Assembly: GCF_009834535.1 (NCBI RefSeq)
Contig: NC_045697.1
Coordinates: 58,778,001-58,842,000 of the forward strand
Direction of reading: 5' to 3'
Length of the DNA: 64,000 nt
Origin: Camelus ferus
Lineage: Eukaryota
A program made the translations under genes and the position numbers. Every line of letters begins with the position of its first letter. The stretch's first letter is position 1. Of the stretch, positions 56,150-64,000 are shown one piece after another. The notes beneath the pieces were generated by a model. That model did no database searches. It was not told the origin of the DNA and saw nothing but the letters and a program-made list of their open reading frames with translations.

Positions 56150-56576
56150 ACTGGACATATATAATTTTAAAATGTGTTTACAATCCTTTGATAGTTCTCC
56201 ATTTTTATCCCCTTTCTCCCTGAATGTGGGCTTTACTAAGTGACTCACTTCTAATGGACATAGCCTAGTAGAAATGAGAGTGTATTATTTATTTCCAAGA
56301 GCAGTTTATTAACAAGCAGCCCATGAGAAGTTTAGAAAAGGAACTAAGAACTCTGCTGACAGCCAGAATGAACTGGCAAGGAGGAGAGTGAGGCATCTTG
56401 GAGGCTGACTGTCCAGCTACCAGAAACTCTTCCTTTGGGTAACTACAACCTTAGGAGAAACCTTGAGTCAGAATCAACAAGCTAAACTACTCCCAGATTG
56501 CTAACCTAAAGAATCCATAGAGGGTAAAGTATTTGTTTAAAGCTACTAAGTTTTGGGCTATATATTACCAATACAG
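56150..56576 (+). mobile_element. Old MaLR LTR (MLT1F-like)
   Basis: Contains gtgactcacttctaa, gagtgaggcatcttggaggc, ccttgagtcagaatcaacaagctaaactactcccagatt and gctactaagttttggg. Confidence 0.72.
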
Positions 56577-58197
56577 TGCAGAATTAATTAAGTCTGAAAG
56601 AATGTTTAAAGAGTGGACATTGAAACTGTTAGATGATACTTAAGAATTACCAAATTAGTAAAAGAGAAACATTATGAATGGACCCACACTGATAGTCTAA
56701 TATTACCATCCTCTTGCTTAAACATTATTTAGGCCATTAGTTTTTTTTTTCTTAATATAATATATTTTAATCTTATTTTATTATTTAATCATGTATTTCA
56801 TACATTATATATAATATAAAAATACTCAGTTTTCAGCACTATAAATAGATTACCAGTAGGATTAAAAACAATTTTTTCTCCTATCTACCAATGATCGTAA
56901 GAAGGAAAAAAGGCTCTTTTGAAAACTTTAAAGTGAAAAAGGAAACAGATCTGGTTCCTTATGAAGAAGAAGTAAATTAAAATATTTCTAAGTCAAGGCT
57001 AATGATTTTAAAGGAGTTTCTTAATTATAGAGAAGGACATTTACATATCTGGAAGTGGGTTTTTTTCTACAATAAATTATCAGCAATAACTTTTAAAAAT
57101 ACTTCATAACTTAAATGCTGCCAAAAAGCAAATATTCCCAATTTTAAGTTTCAGCAGAGCCTATGACATGATATTTTTAAATGTACATATTTTTCTGTGC
57201 CTTTTTACATGCCAACACTTATCCAAGTTTTAAAATATGTGCCCCAAAAATCTAGTCTGAAATACTTGAAAGCAAAAATAACACTGGAAACCCAATGAAA
57301 TATCAATCTATCATCTACTTTCTTTAAAAGTACATCTACTACGAGTTAAACATCTAATAAACTGAATTTCAGCAAGTCTATTTCAACAAAGAATATATAT
57401 AATTTAAATATCTTAGTATTTAATTAAGTGTAACACAGTGACAATTAAAATTAACACCCTGGAGGAATAACCAAAGGCAATTATGTTCTGAGGTCAAAAA
57501 GAAAAGCATGAAATTTAGAATTACCAAAATTACAGCGGAAAAAATTTTATAATGAGTGGACTATTATAAAACAATTAATATAAAGCTATTCCTTTTGACT
57601 TATGAAGCTTTGGCATGAGGGTAACATTAATCACACTATTTGAGGATACATATACAAAGTGGTGACCTTTAAATTAAATTGTCCACATGGAGATTGCCTA
57701 AAAACATAGCAAGTGTCTGAATAAATCAATTCATATCTACTTGTTATAAGTTTTCAACATTTAATAAAATTACATTCCACACTGTCCTCCAATTATATTC
57801 ATAAGGGATAAAATTTCTAAAACTGTGTCAAGTTTCACATACCGCAATTATCCCAGGCTTTTTCTAAATGTCAGAAACTCCAAACTGGCTGTTCAAAATG
57901 TTCTAAGAGTAAAAATTATAATTTCAAGACAAACAAGAATTCAGTAAAAAGAATTATACAATTCAAAAGAAATTTTAAGGGATATGGCAATTTAATTTCT
58001 AAATGCATATTTATCAGCTACAATGTGGCTGCTGGGAGTTATTAAACATAAGACATGGTTGTTGTTTAAATTCCCTCTCCACTTTGGGATTATCTCAGAC
58101 CTAGGAGTTATTCTGTACAGAATGGGATTCCAAGAGTGTGGCAGAAGGAGCTTCAGAGGTATCACACAAAATCAAGAAAATGATAAACATTCATGTG

Positions 58198-58817
58198 TGT
58201 GATGTTTAATTTTGTGTGTCAATGTGACTGGGCTAAGAAATGCCCAGGTAGCTGGTAAAACATTTCTGAGTATGTCCCTGAGAGTGTCTCTGGAAAAGAT
58301 TAGCAAAGATTATTAGCATTTGATTCTTTCTGTAAGACTAACAAAGAGCACCCTCACCAATTTAGGTGGGCTGCTGAGGGTCTGAATACATGAAAAAGGC
58401 AGAGGAAGTGTAAATTTTCTTTCTGCCTAAGCTGGGATATCTATTTTCTGCCCTCTGACATTGTGCTCCTGGTTCTCAGGCCTTTGGACTTTTACCAGTG
58501 GCCTTCTGAACTCCAATGGGGACATACACCATAGGCTCCCTGAGTTTTCAGGTTTTTGAGTTTGGACTGGAACATCACTTGTTTCCTGTGCCTCCAACTT
58601 GCAGATAGCAAATCATGGGACTTTTCAGCCTCTAAAATTGGGTAAGTCAATCTCTCATATTAAATATTTTTATATTAATCTCTCACTAACTCCAGTATAA
58701 ATATATATATATATATCTACATATAGATAATTGTGATAAGGAAACATGACACAGTTTTAGAAATTTTCATTCCTTGTGAACCAAACTGGAAAACAATCTG
58801 GAGAACCCTGACTAACA
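58198..58817 (+). mobile_element. ERVL solo LTR (MLT2B/C-like) with 5-bp TSD
   Basis: Runs tgtgatgtttaattttgtgtgtcaatgtgactgggctaag...tctggagaaccctgactaaca. TSD atgtg at 58193-58197 and 58818-58822. Confidence 0.9.
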
Positions 58818-59249
58818 ATGTGAGTGTGGCAAAAATCCCAAAAGCCAAAAGACAGTATCCATGATTCCTAAAACCAAAGGTTATAGAATAACGACAGTAA
58901 GATCAGATGGGTGAAAGTTCATGACAGGGGAGGGTAGACGGGCAGATGATCCAGAGCAAAAGTACTGAGACTCTTCCTAAGTCTCTCCATGTCACTCTAA
59001 AAGCTTACAGTCACAGAGAGATCGCACACACCTATGCAAAGCTTAACCATCATGAAGTACGATGAAAGTGTAAAACAGATGAAAAAGTAATGAAGCTATA
59101 CGTTTCATTGCTCAAGAAAGATTTTTGAAGGAAGCAAACTTGAGATAGCCTTAAAAGATGAAATACTATGTGAACATGGGCAAAAAGATAATAACTATTC
59201 CAGGCAGAAATTCTGAGTAAAGAAAGTTATATTCAGTATCTTGAGTGAG

Positions 59250-59356
59250 GATCTTGAAGAATTATCTGTACCCTCGTGTTCATTACTGTATTGTTCTCAA
59301 TAGCCAAGACATGGAAAGAACCTAAGTGCCCATCGAGGGATGAATGGATAGAGCAG

Positions 59357-59407
<51 letters not shown>

Positions 59408-59910
59408 AATATTATTTAGTCATGTGAAAGAAGGAATTCTTGCCATTTGTAACAACAGTGATGAACCTTGAGGACATTATGCTAAGCGATGTAAGTCAAA
59501 GACAAATACTGTATGATATCACTTTATATGGAATCTAAAATAGCCAAACTCATAGAAACAGAGATTAGAATAGTGGTTGGTGGGGGTTGGGGGATAAGGT
59601 AAATGGGGAGATGTTGGTCACAGGGTATAAATGTCTAGTAGTTATACACTTAATAAGTTCTGGAGATCTAATATATAGCATGGTGATTACAGTCAACCAA
59701 ACTGTATTATATACTTGAAAGGTGCTACAAGAGTTGACCTTAAATGTTCTTACCACAAAAATAAATGGCAATTATCTGAGGTGATGAAGGTGTTAACTAA
59801 CTCTACTGTAGTAATCATTTCACAACATATACGTGTATCAAATCAACATGTTATACACCTTAAAATATACAATATTACACATCAATTATCTCAATAAACA
59901 TGGGGGAAAA
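59250..59910 (+). mobile_element. L1MA-type 3' end
   Basis: Contains caatagccaagacatggaaagaacctaagtgcccatc, ataagttctggagatctaatatatagcatggtga and caattatctcaataaa. Confidence 0.88.
59359..59405. repeat. (AC)~23 microsatellite
   Basis: Read directly; lies inside the L1. Confidence 0.95.
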
Positions 59911-62579
59911 GATATATTCCCAAGAGATGCAGGAGTACACAGATAGAATTAAATAGTAGTGAAATCAAAAAGAGCCTTAAAATCAGATTGAGAATATAGC
60001 CCAATTTATACAGGGCAATGGAAGATTACAGCATAATGGAATAACATAATAATAATATTAATGAAATTAATCTTCAGAAGCTTAAAATATATTATTCAGA
60101 TTGGAGTGAAAGATAACAGAGTCTAGGAATTAATGAGAAAAATATTGCAGTAATATGATGATGATAATTGCTTATACACATCTAGTGCTTTAAAAGTATC
60201 ATTTCAGTTTTTAAAAAGTATCATTGTATTTCAAACTCCAAACTATAAATCTTGTTAATATTATCACCCCCATTTAGTATACCAAGAAACTATGGCTTAG
60301 CTCAAAGTGGTAAGACTGGGAGGCATGAACCAGAAAGTCATATAGGTGAGAAAAAAGAAGCAATGACTCTCCTTGTGTGTCACACAGAGAGAACAAAGGA
60401 AGGGGGGTTCTGTCAGGATATACATAAGGCAATATGAAAATATCACACTAATTATCAATAATATAAAGCCTATGGATTGCCATTCCTTTGGTGAAATGAA
60501 GTCTAATTTCTGAATAAGAAATGAAAGTTAAATATTCCATTTACCGTGTCTGACAGGGGCTTTTCTTTTAAATAGCACAAACCATAATAGCATACTATTA
60601 TTAGTTTGAGAATTTTAAGTATATTTCCTAACATTTTAATACACTTTAATATTATATCAGAAAAACTAATACGAAAATTTCCTTTGTGTGAAAATCTACT
60701 GCAGTAAGATGGAAAGTCAAGACTTTAATTTGAAAATGTGGCATTAATTCTCAAATGCTGTCATTATACTTTATTGCAGTATATAAATATATAGGTTTCT
60801 TTTTTGCAAATCACTGAATTTAAGGTTTATGTTACTCTTGTCATACAATAGAGAAAATCTGTAGTCATAGGGATTTTAACAAGAGATATACAGGAAATCT
60901 AGAGAGGATAAATATAAGTTTTGAATAAACAGTAATGACACAGGTTAAGACTAAACAATATTTAATTTTGAAGGGAAGGAATTCTTAAACAGTGAATAAA
61001 CTCTCTACTGCACTGAACATACTATTGAGAAGTACACCAGCAGCACTTGCATCCTTTCCCTCCTCCCACTTCCCAAACACACTCTACTCGTTGGAAAGGA
61101 TAAAGAGCTTTCAGTGGCTTACAAATTTTTGTTTTGTTTTATCCTTAAGGAAAGCAATGTTAAGACTCTTTCTAATTCAGCAGCATAAATCTTCTGCAGA
61201 AAAGACCTCGTAATAACCTCTCTGGTAATCTTCAATATTGAAAAACATATACAACACTGTTTATAAATCCTTTATCCATAAGCTTTACAACAGCTTTCAT
61301 ATATATAAACTCGCCCAATCAGTGTTGAACATTAGTGTCTGAGTAATGCACCTGAGGTTAGAAAAATAAATCTAACCATAAAGAGCCAGACCAAATCCAC
61401 ACTGATAAGATTTCTAGCCAAAGTTTCCTATTACCTATTTATAGCAGCTAAAAGTTAACATTCATTCCACTAGAATGTATTTGTTAGGAATAAGTTTGCA
61501 AATTGATGGTGCTGCTTGCAAAATGAAATGCTTCTTCTTTATTTTATTCCTGGTGGATAAAATAATTAGCAATGTTTATTATTATCGTTATTAGCAATGT
61601 TTTCAAACAAATACATTTTCATCAAGAAATTGACTAAACACTAAATGCTGAATATAAGTCCTGGCTTTAAATACAGTTAATCTCCATTTAGTGATATCAG
61701 TAAATGAGGACTGTATTAGCCAACCAAATCCCTCAGCCTATGAAAACTTTAGATGTTTGCCAAATTTGCCAAACACAAACTGTAGGATAGGAAGACTAGC
61801 CAGACAGTTTTTTTGTCTTGTTTTTGTAAATACTTAATGACAATTTTTTCTCCAAAGCATGAAAAAAAAAGATCAGAATGTGAAATAAGCTAGCCAAAAT
61901 GAAACCATAAATTCTAGACAAAACAAACAAACAAACAAAAAACAAGAATACACTGGATAATTCTGGACACTAATGAAGATCTTTTGACTGAAAGTGAAAT
62001 ATGTTGGGCTGGTTCAGAAGTGAACCCTCATCTCTTCCAAGCTTTGAAGCAAACCCACCAGAAAAATTCTGAATAGATTTTTCTCTTCTCTAACAAAAAT
62101 AAAAGCAACAAAAATATTCTGAAAAAGAGAAAAGCACCTCACACACTTAAGTTTCAAAAGCCATATGAATTGAATTCAAACACTACATTTTTAAAAATCA
62201 CAGGAAATGGATGATAAAGGTTATATTCAGGATTATTTGTGTAAGTGGAAAACATGTCATGAAATGACAGAGGGCATGTATAGCACTCTACTATATTTGT
62301 TCAAATCAACCACAAAATATACCATTGAGGTAAGTAAAATTTTCCCACCTACAAAAAAATTTAATAGAATGCATTTATATAATACATTTTCAGGGCCACA
62401 CAGCAAGTTTCTTGAAAGAGATTATAATCAAAGTTCTAAACATCTACATCAATGTTTCTTCAAATCATTAAACAAATAAGTTGTGAAATAAAAACGAATT
62501 TTCAAAATGATGGTTGAGAAATACATATTCTGATATGCCTGAATGATGAATATCAATCCTTCATATCAGTGATGAACTT

Positions 62580-62825
62580 AATTCTATTCATTCAGCAAAT
62601 ATAAATTAAGAATTAAAGAAAGTGCCAGACACCATTCCAGGTTACGGGTATTCAATGGCCAATAAAATATTGATCTATGACCTTACAGAATTTACAAAGC
62701 AGATGGGAGAAAGGGATAAACATCGAAAACAATTAAATATACAAATGATTAAATAACCCACAAATAATAATAAGAACTCTGATGGAAACAAAACAAAACA
62801 AAATATGATACTGTGAGAGAAAACA
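62580..62825 (-). mobile_element. L2 3' fragment
   Basis: Contains attcattcagcaaatata...gtgccagacaccattccagg...ccttacagaatttacaaagcagatgggag. Confidence 0.68.
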
Positions 62826-63315
62826 GCACAGTTTCACCAACTGCAGCTTGAACAATGTATCTGTCTCTGATTTACCCAAGAAAGTTGGGAATGTCTAAAA
62901 TGATTTTAGCAAGATTGTTCTTAAAATTACTAAAACACAAGTTTAAAATCTTATAATGTTCAATGTTATTCAAAATAAATGATTTCATTAAGTCTTGCTC
63001 AAACTCTTAGTAGAGGAAGCTTCTGAAAACATATTATTACAGACATTACTTGAATCAGAAGTTGTTGGAGGGGAGAGCAGAAAGAATGATTACATTCACA
63101 AATGGCTTTCTGTGATTCATACCAAAAAAGAATGAAGGAATAAAGTGCATTATTTTTCCCACTTCAATCAAACCTTGCCACTTTACAAGTAGGTTTAAAT
63201 AGATTGATAATAAGAAAATGTTGACATTTGTAAAGAGTAGGTGTTCAGATCTTTGATTTAATTGGCATAGAATGTAATACATATTGTTGAGAATGCAGCT
63301 GTAAGATGTATTCAA

Positions 63316-63527
63316 TACTTTAAAAAAAAATGCCTTCCAGTTTACTGAGGTATAACTGACATACAGCACTGTATATTTTGTGTGTGTGTGTGTGTGTGTG
63401 GAGGGGGGGTAATTAGGTTTGACTGGTTTATTTATTTAATGGCAGTACTGGGGATTGAACCCAGGACCTCATGCATGCTAAGCACGTGCCCTACCATGCA
63501 CTCTATCATGAGCTACACCCTCCCTCC
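63316..63527 (-). mobile_element. Camelid-type tRNA SINE joined to an L1 3' terminus, within one TSD
   Basis: SINE body gtactggggattgaacccaggacctcatgcatgctaagc at about 63445-63527. L1-like end ccagtttactgaggtataactgacatacagcactgta at about 63336-63373. Direct repeat agatgtattcaa at 63304-63315 and 63528-63539. Confidence 0.8.
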
Positions 63528-63974
63528 AGATGTATTCAAATTTAACAAAAATATAGAGGAGGCTACTAATATTAATAACAAATAATATATGGAGTTATAC
63601 TAATAACAAATTTGCCAATCTCTCTATTTCTAAAAATAGTTTATGTGGGCAAAGATATCTTGCAGATTTTAAGTCTCCAAATTGTCATTTCAGGACTTCA
63701 GGATTACAAGAAAAAATGAAAGTTGTTTTTAATGAAAGAATCCTTTTAATACCCAGAAATTTGCCAAACTCCAAGAAAAAAATCCATCATTAAAAATATA
63801 TAAATTCAAAATTATTTCCCAAGTTGACCTATCTTCTTGTCAACCATACTGGAGTCACTGAATTAAACTTTAATTATATCCAGCTGATCATCTATTTTCA
63901 TATTTATCACTTTGTATCCTCTGGTACTTCCAAGATCCTCGTTTAATGTTGACTATGGTTGATATATTCCACTA

Positions 63975-64000
63975 TTTTTTTTTTCTAATTGAAGTATAGT
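63975..64000 (-). mobile_element. Poly-A tail and extreme 3' end of an L1 (continues past the window)
   Basis: tttttttttctaattgaagtatagt, the same terminus as the L1 at 21664. Confidence 0.7.

Larger units (their letters stand above)
50083..64000 (-). other. ADGRL3: ADGRL3 intron upstream of the lectin exon (continues beyond the window end)
   Basis: Ends in a polypyrimidine tract plus AG at 50083-50110. No signal-peptide exon was seen in 50083-64000. Confidence 0.8.

Noticed and set aside
1..64000. A new multi-gene biological system
   Set aside because: Only one host exon plus repeats is present; nothing in the sequence supports additional intact genes.

Overview
AT-rich mammalian genomic DNA, most likely camelid, because two copies of a camelid-type tRNA-derived SINE are present. 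The only coding sequence I can support is one 214-bp internal exon of ADGRL3 (latrophilin-3/LPHN3) on the minus strand at 49869-50082. It encodes the first part of the SUEL/rhamnose-binding lectin domain. The rest of the window is best read as ADGRL3 intron, and no neighbouring exon was found. The intron is filled with L1, L2, MIR, MaLR/ERVL LTRs, hAT and Tigger MITEs, SINEs and microsatellites. The other ORFs in the track are chance frames or L1 debris. I see no convincing new multi-gene system. The most unusual items are: (1) a fossil ORF2 C-terminus of a non-mammalian-type (fish/amphibian/reptile-like L1/Tx1) LINE at about 8180-8725; (2) a TSD-bounded mini-L1 joining two distant L1 segments; (3) a SINE fused to an L1 3' end inside one TSD; (4) a probable hAT transposase fossil; (5) a diverged ~200-bp direct repeat 1.17 kb apart; (6) a perfect 68-bp tandem duplication. 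Repeat family names come from recalled consensus sequences, not from a search. Boundaries without TSDs are approximate.
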